Assembly (NCBI RefSeq): GCF_041146345.1
Contig: NW_027191414.1
Span: 434,001-498,000, forward strand
Direction of reading: 5' to 3'
DNA: 64,000 nucleotides
From: Neodothiora populina
Taxonomy: Eukaryota
The translations under genes were made by a program, and so were the position numbers. How positions within the stretch are numbered: the first letter of the stretch is position 1; every line of letters starts with the position of its first letter. Of the stretch, positions 51,391 to 62,592 are shown piece after piece. The notes beneath the pieces are model-generated. The model did no database searches and was not told the origin of the DNA. It saw nothing but the letters and a program-made list of their open reading frames with translations.

Positions 51391-52065
51391 CTATGAGCCG
51401 GTTCCGTAGAGTCTGTCACCGATGTCGCCAATGCCAGGAGTAATGTAGCCCTTAGCATCAACACCCTCATCGAGGTGACCAACGATCAACTCGAGGCCCT
51501 CGGGCCATGAGTCTGCAACTGCCTTTGCGCCTTGCGGACTAGCGAGGATAGAGAGGAAGGTGATGTGCTTTGCTCCCCATTGTCTGCCGGATGTTAGTGG
51601 AACTCGTCTGGTTTAACGATGTGCAAATACTCGAACGTACCTAAGGATATCAATGGTTGCGGTGGCGGTGCCTCCGGTGGCAATCAGGGGATCTACGACG
51701 AACACTCTGTCGACTGGTGCGCCCTGGCTCGGTAGCTTGTTGTAGTACTCCACAGGCTCGAGTGTCTTCTTCTCGCGGTAGAGACCGAGATGGTACACGA
51801 CGACGTCAATGTCTGGTGATAGAGTGGCGAGGAAAGGCTCGCACATGGGAAGACCAGCGCGAAGGACAATGATCAGAGCGATCTTGGGTGTGCTGTGGGG
51901 GAGAGATCTCGTGGCCTCAATGGAGATGATCTGAGACAGCTCGTTTGTAAGAGTTCGCACTACTGAAGGACGAAGCGATCTATCCCGAAGAAGGTCGAGT
52001 TTGGCTTCGATGGCTGGATGGTCGAGGACCGTGACATTGGAGGCAGATTTTAGTGCGGAAGGCAT
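51391..52065 (-). CDS. Uracil phosphoribosyltransferase (urg2/URC6-like)
   Basis: VLRAGL, HLGLYREKKTLEPVEYYNKLP, DPLIATGGT PRPP motif, GYITPGIGDIGDRLYGT; 1 intron. Confidence 0.93.
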
Positions 52066-52300
52066 TGTGATTGATGTGACGACTTGAATGGAGCAAGAGG
52101 TTTCGAGGCGAAGGTCAAAAGCGATGGATATTATAGTAAAGGAGCTGATGTTGTAGAAAAGTGATGTGCTGTATGAGAAGAGAAGACCATAGATATATAG
52201 CAATTACAAGACTGTTATGAGCTCCACGATATGTTCCATTCATCAGTACAGACATTGCTGATTTTACTCCACTATACTGGCACTCAGCAGTGGTAGTCGC

Positions 52301-52513
52301 TGATAGTCGTGGATAAGCGAGCGTCAACTTTAACCGGGGCTGCGATAGAGTCGAGCGAGCCAGAGATAAGCCTATAATCACAGATAAGAGCGCGGAGATG
52401 CTGCCCTGATAGCTTCGGGTCCCGCCATGAGGTCCTAATCTGATAGCAACTGACATGAACATAATTAGATAGTATTATAACAGAAGATTTACAATTCAGT
52501 CGTAATCGATAAG
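52301..52513. promoter_or_regulatory. GATA-site array in UPRT/URC4 divergent promoter (putative AreA/NIT2 control)
   Basis: Nine GATAR sites on the + strand at ~52301, 52311, 52343, 52364, 52382, 52407, 52441, 52467 and 52507. Confidence 0.75.
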
Positions 52514-52716
52514 TTTCAGATTATTCTGAGAAGTTTGACTTGGATGTGTTAGGGTGTAGCAGATCGCTTTGCGAAAGCACAATAACTCGTTACCCTGCAT
52601 TAACTCTTGATTATCCTCCATCTCACCTTTCGTTGTTCTTCTTTCCCTCTTTTCCTTTCCTTCTTCTTTGTTTGAGCACAATACTTGCAAAGTATCTGTC
52701 ACAGTCACGTATCACT

Positions 52717-54171
52717 ATGTCTTCCGCATACGAAACACTTTCTTCCCTCCCCGCTATCCGTGAGCGGGCAACGGAAGTCTATAAGATCGCGAAAGCAGGA
52801 GAAGCAAGCAATTTTGACCTGCACGAAGATCGTCTCGATGCCACTGTCGATCTGGTCATCAAAGTGATACTGGTCGGTCGAGACCATGAATTGTTCAAAA
52901 CCCATTTGTTCTAATAAGATATCTCAGGGTTCTTTCCCAGTAGACAAGTTCAGCACCATCCCTCCTCATGGTCGCTGGCAGCACTTTGAAACAGGTGATG
53001 TGCCTCGCTTGACCAAAGTGCTGGACCAATGGGAGAGCGGAGGTGTCGATTCCACAGAGCGTTGCAGACGACTCATGGATCTGTTCCTTGTTTCTGTCTT
53101 GCTCGATGCTGGAGCGGGTGATAATTGGAAGTACAAGGAGGCTTCCACAGGCACGGCTGTTGAGCGTAGTGAGGGTCTTGCTGTGGCTTCCTTGTATATG
53201 TTCCTTGATGGGTCATTTGGCGGTGGCAAGGCGGGCTTGGTCAACGGTAAGTCACCTTAGGGTATCATAGTCGTTACAGAAGTCACTAATGTCTGTTGTA
53301 GGTGAGGGATTGAAAAGCCTAACCTCAGAAACGCTTGCGGCAGGTATGCAGGCGAGCGAGGCGAATCCTTTGACGGGCGTTGAGGGAAGGACCTCGTTGC
53401 TGCAGAGTCTTGGAAGCTCACTACTTTCCCAACCCGATATCTTTGGTGCTGAGGGAAGACCAGGAAAGATAGTAGGCAAGTAATTACTCCTAACGCTGGT
53501 CTAGTATCTGAGATTTTCTAACATGTCATGCTCTAGACTATCTGCTGAACTCGAATAAGGGCTCACAATTGGATGTGGCAACGTTATGGGCAGCTCTACA
53601 GCAATTATTGTTACCTATCTGGCCAACGGACCGAACCAAGGTTGAAGGCAAGGCCATCGGGGATGCTTGGCCTCTCAGCACGTTGAAGAAGGTCGCCAAA
53701 GATGATGATCCCTCATCCCTCATCCAGCCCTTCCACAAACTCACTCAATGGCTCACTTACTCGCTTATGGTGCCATTTGTGCGACTACTCAACCTCGAAT
53801 GGACAAACAGCCAGCTACTCACAGGTCTACCAGAATACCGAAATGGTGGTCTATTCGTTGACATGGGTGTGTTGACCCTGAAGCAAGACGTCCTGGCTCG
53901 CGGAGTCGAGAAGTCTGGAGAGCGATTGCCAATGTTCGAACCTGCTGAAGATGTCATTGTTGAATGGAGAGCGCTTACAGTTGCGCTCTTGGACATTGTG
54001 CACGTGGAAGTCAACAAGAAGCTACGCGCGATGGGGGCGACTGCTGATCTATCTCTTGCTCAAGTATTGGAGGCAGGGACGTGGAAGGCAGGTCGTGTGT
54101 TAGCTGCAGAGAAGCGACCAGAAACTCGATCAAGTCCTATTCTTATCATTAGTGATGGCACTCTATTTTAG
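52717..54171 (+). CDS. URC4: DUF1688 uracil catabolism protein (URC4/urg3)
   Basis: IPPHGRWQHF, DLFLVSVLLDAGAG, ERSEGLAVASL, QPFHKLTQWLTYSL, TGLPEYRNGGLF, LAQVLEAGTWKAGR, SDGTLF; 3 introns. Confidence 0.93.
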
Positions 54172-55023
54172 ATAGCTACTTGAACAAAAGTAATGTCGAT
54201 ATTGAGCAATATACATTCCCAACATCGTCCTTGACGTTTCTTCCTAGTTGCAGTATATGTGAGATACTTGATCTAATCATCTTAACATTTGGCATATTTT
54301 ATGTTGTCTTGCATATACTAGCATAAAGATTGCATAGTTATGCATCAATCACAATACCTACTCCGACTTTTCCAAAGGCTAGACTAACCACGGCAACATT
54401 GGTATGAAAACAATCATCCTTGAGAGCTTTGCACCTGTATGTCACTGTTTCCCAAGAAATGATGAGTATTTGTCGACCAAGCTGTCGAGATCAAGAGCAG
54501 CACAGGAAAGGTGTTTGTTATCTCTGTATAGTCGAGCCCTAGATTGCAGCAAAGATAAGCCGAGATAGTATCACCAGCCAATCACAACGCAGTATCTCCT
54601 GCCTGCCAGATGCTTATCTGCACTCAAGATATGGCTCCCCTGCTGGCGACTTTACTATCGATACTGGAGTGGTCTTGTGGTTTCTCGGCCCACTCGAGTC
54701 TCGACTTAGCAATCGCACCAAGGGCACAGTCAGTGCCTGTATGTGATTATCGTCCATACGCCACGATACAGGCCATGAACGTTGTAGGCGGCGTCCGGTG
54801 CCGCATTGCCTATTGTCCAACTCCACTCGTGATAGTGATACGAAGGTAGGATGGCTTCTAGATATAAGTATAGAGTCGAGCACCCGTGTTGTAGTCCATC
54901 ATCGCATCCGTCATTCGTATTTCATACATCTGTATTCGACTCTTTTGCGTTTAGCAAGTGTGACTACTTTCCATAGATCTTTTCGACCACGAGATCATTT
55001 CGTTCTCCATCATATCCAGCATC

Positions 55024-56576
55024 ATGAAGCCAACTACTGAAGAGGAAGTCAAGCCTGAGGTTGTGGGAACAGACAAGGCAGATATCATTCCCCCTACCTC
55101 GCTCGCAAAACGTTATGGAAGCCGCATCATCCTCACCACATACCCTGGCCAAAGTGGCGTGGAGCCCACATCACTCATTTGGGGAGCTGAAGACCCTCAG
55201 AAGCGTGGTCCAGTCATCGTTTCCCGCGCAGGCCAGACGATGAAGTACCGCAATGCCATTGGCGCTCACGGCGGTAGCTACAGTATATACAATGCCCTCG
55301 CCATTGCAGGTGGAGACTTGGACATGGACTTCCGACCCAACTTTTTCAACACCGAGCCGACCTTCAAATTCAAGCCCAACAAGGCATGGGCCGACCCTAG
55401 TGCAATTGTGAGCATGGATCCTTACGGTCACGAAGTCGCGTCGTTGTACACGGGATACATTGAGAAAGGCCTGGATGTGCGACCAACGATAGCCATCACG
55501 AGAGCCAGCATGCGCGTTGCGGAGATCGCCGAAGCAGTCAAGAACGGAGTCCTTCCTGTTGATGGCGAAATCGTCATGACACAAGAGGGCGATGTGCGAG
55601 TCACCAAAGTCGCCGTCGAGCCTGTGTGGCATCTCCCTGGAGTGGCCAAGCGTTTCAACATCGACGAGGGAAAACTCCGTCGTGCCCTTTTCGAACACAC
55701 CGGTGGCATGTACCCTGAGCTCATCACACGACCGGATCTCGAGGTTTTCTTGCCGCCTATTGGTGGATTGACGGTCTACATCTTCGGTCCTCCCGAGAAG
55801 GTCTCAGATCCCAATGTGAAGCTCGCATGTCGTGTCCACGACGAGTGCAACGGCAGTGACGTGTTCCAATCTGATATTTGCACATGTAGACCCTACCTCG
55901 CCTTTGGTATCCAGGAGGCAATTAGAGAAGCACAGAACGGCGGCAGTGGTATCTGCATCTACTTCAGAAAGGAAGGTCGTGCGCTCGGCGAGGTCGTCAA
56001 GTACCTTGTGTACAATTCGCGCAAGCGCGGTGGTGATACTGCAGACAAGTACTTTGCGCGAACAGAGAACATCGCCGGTGTGAGAGACGTAAGTTCAGAC
56101 CTCGAAATTCATCAAAGTCAAATCTTTTAAGACAACCGCTGACATTTTCACAGATGCGTTTCCAAGAACTCATGCCTGACATCCTTCACTGGCTCGGCGT
56201 CACCAAGATCGACCGCATGTTGTCAATGTCAAACATGAAGCACGACGCAATCGTTGGTTCTGGTATCCCCATCCTCGAGCGGATACCTATCCCCGATGGT
56301 AAGTCTCTCCCCCTGCATGGGATTCCACAACAAGACCACATAGACACATAAGTCTGACATTCGCGACCACAGAGATGATTCCCGAAGACTCCCGTGTCGA
56401 GATCGACGCCAAGATCAACGCCGGCTACTTCACGACAGGAAAGGCATACACGGACGCCGAACTCAAGCAAGTCAAGGGTAGAGGCTGGGAGAAGTGGGAG
56501 GATGTCGCTGTAAGCAATCCACCGAACATGATGACGCTACTTGGCAATGCAATACTGACTCATTTCCCAGCACTGA
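55024..56576 (+). CDS. URC1: GTP cyclohydrolase II-like uracil catabolism protein (URC1/urg1)
   Basis: RIILTTYPGQ, RGPVIVSR, RNAIGAHGGSYSIY, RVHDECNGSDVFQSDICTCRPYL, KEGRALGEVVKYLVYN, DMRFQELMPD; 3 introns, last exon CACTGA. Confidence 0.95.
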
Positions 56577-57015
56577 ACGCATTATTGCAACAATCTTAAC
56601 AATATTGTTTGAAATCTATCACATTATACCTTTTATAGATTCATAGCATGGGACGACTGATGGAGGTTGTCCAAAAGAGGTCATACTTGAAGTAAGCAAA
56701 GCGTTTCGTGTTTTCCCTTATATGCCTTATTGGCGTCATTGCTGGAGCATCATATGAATCAAATCGCAATAACAAAACCATATCATTCGCACAACATGTT
56801 ACCATAATGTACGATCAAAGCGAGGAAAAGTGAGGCGTGTCTGCGCTTGACCGCACCCTTGATATACTCAAACTTTATTTGACACTATGAGATGCCATAA
56901 CATGCGATGTGAACAGCAGAACTAATAGAATAAATCACGCTAATCAATCATTCACAATAGAGATAGCCATGGACTGCGGCACGTCGAGCGGCAAAAAAAA
57001 AGGCAAAAAAAATCT

Positions 57016-57150
57016 TGATCAGAGTGGGATTCGAACCCACGCAGATTACTCTACTAGAAACCTTGTCCTGCTCATGGATGAACAGAAAGCTATATTTCGT
57101 AAACGAAACTCGCTTGAGTCTAGCGCCTTAGACCGCTCGGCCATCTGACC
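57016..57150 (-). tRNA. tRNA-Leu(CAA) with ~53-nt intron (57060-57112)
   Basis: GGTCAGA/TCTGATC acceptor stem, TGGCCGAGCGGTCTAAGGC D arm, CTAGA-CTCAAG^T-TCTAG, GTTCGAATC T loop; downstream T run. Confidence 0.95.
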
Positions 57151-57617
57151 ATTGATAAAAGTTATGTTTTTGTATCGATATAGAATGCTAATGTGGTCAA
57201 GGTCCTGATAGTGTTCGTGTACTTCGGCATCGTGGTATCGTGGAGGTCAAATTGAGTGCGTTCTGGGGGAGATTTATGCTGTGCCTTGTTCATTATCTGA
57301 ATGCGCAATCTTAATTCTTCCATTATTTGCGCCGCCACTGTAGTTAATCAGAGAATTGCACTTAGTCGTCAGATATCTATTATCCTTCTGCTAAGCACCG
57401 CCTGCATGGAGGAACAATTTCACAAACGGCACCGACGCTGCGACACACCACAGACTGGTGCGTGACACATTTTTCCGGAAAAGAACATCAGAAGCTGTTC
57501 GCAAAAGACCCCGATCGCCTCGGAGTCGAAAGCACGGTGCATCTAGAATGTGAAGCGCGAAAAGAACAAGAATCCGTAATTCATATTCCACATATTGCAT
57601 ATTAACGCCAAGAACAT

Positions 57618-57736
57618 GGCAAGATGGCCGAGCGGTCTAAGGCGCTAGACTCAAGCGATTCAAAGCTTTCCGCTCTCCAGAGCGGTTGAGGTTTCTAGTA
57701 GAGAAATCTGCGTGGGTTCAAATCCCACTCTTGTCA
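57618..57736 (+). tRNA. tRNA-Leu(CAA) with ~37-nt intron (57656-57692)
   Basis: GGCAAGA/TCTTGTC acceptor stem, same D and anticodon arms, GTTCAAATC T loop; T6 terminator ~57744. Confidence 0.95.
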
Positions 57737-58189
57737 CATTTCCTTTTTTGCTTTTCTGCCTTGACGCGGATTGGGGAGAGGGGCAGAAACACTGAGTGAA
57801 GTTTTGCGATTTTCTGCTATGCCTGGAGTATGTTTTGACTGGACCTCCGACAAAGAGACAAATACTTCAAGGGGGCCGGATTGAAGAGGTAGAGATTGGA
57901 CTGTTTCCCCTCACACAGCCGAGTTATGCTGGTGACGTACTGTAGACTTCAACGGCTCAATACCTCTACTTTAACATTGACAGCATTGGGATCGTACTGC
58001 ACTGATACCCATCGTCTGGACTCCACTGCTCAATTGTCGATCGAGATATGGCTAGCCCAAAGTTTCCCTTGACTGTATACGCTGCAAGATGCAAGGGACG
58101 ACTCTCAAAGTGTAGGCTATGATGCAGTACTTTCATAATATCGTTTTCAGTTTCTTTATTTCTTACAAAACATTATTATCTTTTGATCA

Positions 58190-60118
58190 ATGGACTCTAG
58201 TCCTTCTACACTAAAGTCCTCCTTTGGAGGTGGACTTGAACTTAGTTCATTGCCACCTATATTCATTTCCAAAACACACCTCGATCGAGATGATCTCCAC
58301 GACTTGGAAGATCAACTTGTCGAGGCCGGTGGCAACCTGACATATGATATCACGGAAGCAAAGATCATCCTCAGCAAAGCCGAGCGCAAGCGAAGGATTG
58401 AGCTTGATCTCAGAAGCGTAGGCTTGTGGACTGAGCAAGTCACCTCGACACATGAAGGCAGACCACTGCCCGACGATGTGGATTTATCTGAGCCTCCGAC
58501 GAAACGACAGAAATTATTCAATGCGGCGTATATGGATCTAAATGAGGGCATCAAGGTTATCAAGGTTCAATGGTTCGAGAACTGCTTGAAAGCCAACACT
58601 CTACTACCAGTGGAAGATTATGTGACGTACGAAGGTCGGACCATACAAAGGCCCGAAAGTCGAGAGCCGGCGACTGGAGTTGGAAGCCTTGCGCCTTTGT
58701 CTATAGGACATACGAAGGAGACTTCGCCAAAGTCGATCCTCGAGCGGGCCAAACGAGATGCTCCGGCGCGAAGTAGCCTTTCTCATGGACACCATGCTCA
58801 AGCTCATCGCGGCGGAGGCAGTGGGGGAACATCATATTCTCATGGTGGAAGTAGCAGTAACGATAAGACAAAGTATGCACACCTTCTACATCAGACTACA
58901 TCTGAGTATGAGGGAGATACGTCCGATGATCTACCGGACATGCCAGAGTGGGTAAAAAGCGGCATCAAATATGCTTGTCAACGACTTACGCCCCCTAATC
59001 CTCCGAATCAAGACTTCATTGATGAGCTCACGAAAATAAAGCTAGCTCGACTTTTGACAAACGACGAGATTGGGGTGAGAGCTTACAGTTCATCGATCGC
59101 TGCAATCGCTTCTTATCCTTACAGGATCAGTAATCCACGAGAGATATTGCTTATACCAGGATGCGATATAAAGATTGCGAATCTCTATATCGAGTTCGTC
59201 AACAGCGGTAGAATCAAAGCTGCCGATGACGCCGAGCACAATGAAGAACTCCAGATCTTGCGGCTGTTCTACAACATCTGGGGCGTGGGTGCTTTCACAG
59301 CTAGAGAGTTCTTCTACGATAGGGGTTGGAGGGAGCTGGACGATATTGTTGAGTTCGGCTGGAGCGCGCTGAGCCGAGTGCAACAGATTGGTGTAAAATA
59401 CTATTCTGAGTTTCTCTCACCCATACCTCGGAAAGAGGTCGAGGATATCGCTGCAATAATTCACCGTCATGCTGTTCAAGTCCGAGACTCGAGGATACAA
59501 AGCTTAGTCGTGGGTGGCTACCGTCGGGGCAAATCCGAATGTGGGGATGTTGATATTGTTGTCTCACATCCGGAGGAGAAAGAGACGCTTCATATCGTCA
59601 ATGACATCGTCGCGAGCTTGGAAGATGAGGGCTGGATAACGCACACTCTCTTGCTTGCGCTCACGAATAGTAATCGTGAGCAGCAAACGCTGCCTATCAA
59701 GACCGATGGCGCAGGAGGTGGTTTCGATACCCTCGACAAGGCACTTGTGGTGTGGCAAGATCCGCATCGGCCTACCAAAGACGCCGACCTAGCTGCTAAC
59801 CCCAAAGCGAAGAACCCAAACATCCACCGTCGGGTCGATATTATCATCTCACCATGGCGGACGGTCGGCTGTGCTGTTGCGGGTTGGTCTGGCGGCACCA
59901 CCTTTCAAAGAGATCTGAGGAGATATGCGAAGAACGTCAAAGGCTGGAAGTTTGATAGTTCTGGCGTCAGAGATCGAGGTACTGGGAAAGTGGTCGATGT
60001 GGAAGGGTATGATGATGATGGAAAAACTCGAGCAACGACTATGGAAGAGGCCGAGAGGCGAGTGTTTGCAGGGTTTGGGCTCCAGTATAGGGAGCCGTGG
60101 GAGCGATGCACTGGATGA
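58190..60118 (+). CDS. POL4: X-family DNA polymerase, Pol mu/Pol4-like, with BRCT-like N-terminus
   Basis: IWGVG HhH, GGYRRGKSECGDVDIV, RRVDII, VAGWSG, YREPWER; intronless. Confidence 0.9.
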   Translation: MDSSPSTLKSSFGGGLELSSLPPIFISKTHLDRDDLHDLEDQLVEAGGNLTYDITEAKIILSKAERKRRIELDLRSVGLWTEQVTSTHEGRPLPDDVDLSEPPTKRQKLFNAAYMDLNEGIKVIKVQWFENCLKANTLLPVEDYVTYEGRTIQRPESREPATGVGSLAPLSIGHTKETSPKSILERAKRDAPARSSLSHGHHAQAHRGGGSGGTSYSHGGSSSNDKTKYAHLLHQTTSEYEGDTSDDLPDMPEWVKSGIKYACQRLTPPNPPNQDFIDELTKIKLARLLTNDEIGVRAYSSSIAAIASYPYRISNPREILLIPGCDIKIANLYIEFVNSGRIKAADDAEHNEELQILRLFYNIWGVGAFTAREFFYDRGWRELDDIVEFGWSALSRVQQIGVKYYSEFLSPIPRKEVEDIAAIIHRHAVQVRDSRIQSLVVGGYRRGKSECGDVDIVVSHPEEKETLHIVNDIVASLEDEGWITHTLLLALTNSNREQQTLPIKTDGAGGGFDTLDKALVVWQDPHRPTKDADLAANPKAKNPNIHRRVDIIISPWRTVGCAVAGWSGGTTFQRDLRRYAKNVKGWKFDSSGVRDRGTGKVVDVEGYDDDGKTRATTMEEAERRVFAGFGLQYREPWERCTG

Positions 60119-60850
60119 TACCGCTAGCCGTTGGATAGTAAAGGGACTCGCAACGGGACATAGTATTTTGTCGCTGTGCAACAAGTCCTTGCTTCATTGT
60201 CTGCGCCCTAGCTATGGAAGTCTGTTTTGCTTCTCCATTTTGGCCAAGGTCGGGTATTCTCAGTGTACCGAGGGCGACCCTGTCTTGTAAGCTGGTCCGA
60301 TGTGAATCTCGAGCCTTATAGTGAATAACTTTATTACTACCCTAATCAGTCCAAAGTATTTCTTAGGCCTTGCGTAAAATGGTCACTATGCTGTCGTGCT
60401 TATCATAGCATTGATTGAGGCAGAAGAGGCGGTGTGGACGAGACGATGTTTGCAATTCTCATCGTATGGATCAACGGCGTGATCAGTGGCCTAGTGCTTC
60501 ACAGTACTTTTCATAATGCACACAAATTTGGAGCGGTACATATTTTAATCGAAGCCGCATTGCTGCAATACTCTTGTTCATCAGACTCATGAATCAATAC
60601 TGCACGGCTTCTCTCAAGCGTAATTTTCGAGCTATTATACAAATAATTGAGGCACCATTCGGTATCACAAGCCTTCGTCATGTGGGCCTGGCTGGATTTC
60701 ACGAAGTCCTTTTTGGGAAGTCTAAACAATGACGTATGTGTGCGCGAACACAACGACAGGTTATAAGTTAACTTCGCCATTCCCCATAATCGTGTTTTCT
60801 CAGTAAACATCTCTCGTTTCAATCTGTGGAAAACGAATACCGCAAACAAA

Positions 60851-61816
60851 ATGACTGCAAAAGACAAGATCAAGGAGACGGCCCGCCAGGAGGCTGAGCG
60901 AGTAGGCAACATGGCTGGCGACGCAGCACGTTCTGGCGCGTACCTCTACCCTCTCAAGGTAAGCTCTTATACATGACCTTAGAGAGTCCCAGGCAGTGAG
61001 TTGACCATGTATGTAGGGTATCTACTACTATGCGACTCATCGTGCACTGTGGAAGCCACTTGCCACCAAGTTGCTTCCTACTATCGGTCTTGGACTCAGC
61101 GTCTTCGCCGGCATGTTCTTCTTCACCTATCTTCCTCAAGCGGCTGTGCTAGCTATCTTCAATGGCCCTCTGGCTGCACTTAGCGCTGCTCTGCTTGTTC
61201 TTAGCGAGAGCAGTACGATCTTCAATGTCATGGCTCGAGCTCTTCTGGTAGAAGACAGCCTCATCGACACCTTCGATGGCGTAAGACAAACCACTTCTAG
61301 TGCACAAGACACAGCAGAGAAGCCAAGCAATTAACATACTCATAGACTCTTATCGCCACTGGCGAGACTACTCTTGTTTCACACGACCGTCAGGTCAAGT
61401 CGGGAAGCAACCCAATTGGCCGCCTAGGAAAGCTCGCTGCGAAGCCCTTCGCAAAGTTCACACCCAGTGCCATTATCCGTTACCTCATGTATCTCCCACT
61501 CAACTTCATCCCGGTCGTCGGAACAGTCATGTTCGTGCTGCTGCAAGGCAAGCGTCAAGGTCCCGCAGCGCACGCGCGTTATTTCCAGTTGAAGGGCATG
61601 TCTAAGCAGCGCCGCGAGGAATGGGTCGAGAAGCGTAGAGGCGCCTATACCAGCTTCGGAACTGTTGCTTCCTTGCTCGAGATGGTGCCTATTGCCGGCA
61701 TCCTATTTGCTTTCACTAACACTACCGGCGCCGCACTCTGGGCTGCAGAGCTGGAAAAGTCCGGTCAGGAAGGCACAAGCCCAACTCTGAGAGAGCAGGC
61801 CAAGAAGGCATCATGA
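60851..61816 (+). CDS. EI24/Rrt8-like membrane protein
   Basis: SGAYLYPLK|GIYY, FTYLPQA, LVLSESS, LPLNFIPVVG, HARYFQLKG, NTTGAALWA; 2 introns. Confidence 0.85.
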
Positions 61817-62592
61817 ACGACCCATAGATGAAGATAAAGCTACAACACGTGCGTCTGCCGCTGAGTGAGTTAAGATTCTCGCCTTCGGCTTCACGTCGCT
61901 CCCGGCTTCATGCTCGGCGGCTTGGTGGCTTGGATGCTTCATGTGTAAAGCATGCGTGAACGCCTTCTCGGTCCTATTCTATATAGTATCCGTATTAGAA
62001 ATCAATAACTAACTTAGCAGAGTTTATACAGTACTCCGTATATGCCACAAAGTTATATAGGATATGAATTAATAATCTCACCGATGTTGACAAACCAGGA
62101 TCTTTCATTTTGCTGGCTCTTGCGACTAGTGCCAGAAGATATAAGGTCTGCGAGGTCGGTCGGCTGCCACTTCCCCGAAGATTCCATCTCCACAGTTCCG
62201 CTACCACGAGTTTCATCTACTTCCGCATCAAGATTGCGGGGATCTGCAGCAGCCACATTACATGCGTACACTGCCAAGGCCACCAATACATTGACGAAAT
62301 GACGATCGCGCATGATATCTGTCGAGATGCACGAAGCCTTAGCACATAGCCTCGAACCGATCTTACCAAGGCAGATCAGTCGGCATGTTGTTGCATTCGC
62401 TCTGCACCCCGCTCTGATGTAGTCGCATCGGGCCGTATGCAATGCGCCTGTAATGTGTATATAAAGGTATGCTGGACTCGCATGTCTTGTCAAAGGTGAC
62501 TGTGACCCTCATTTGTTAATCCCTCGAAGGCGTGTCTTGTTCCCTCGGATATCGAGACTATCTCGAGTACACACAGACCTATGCATTACAGC

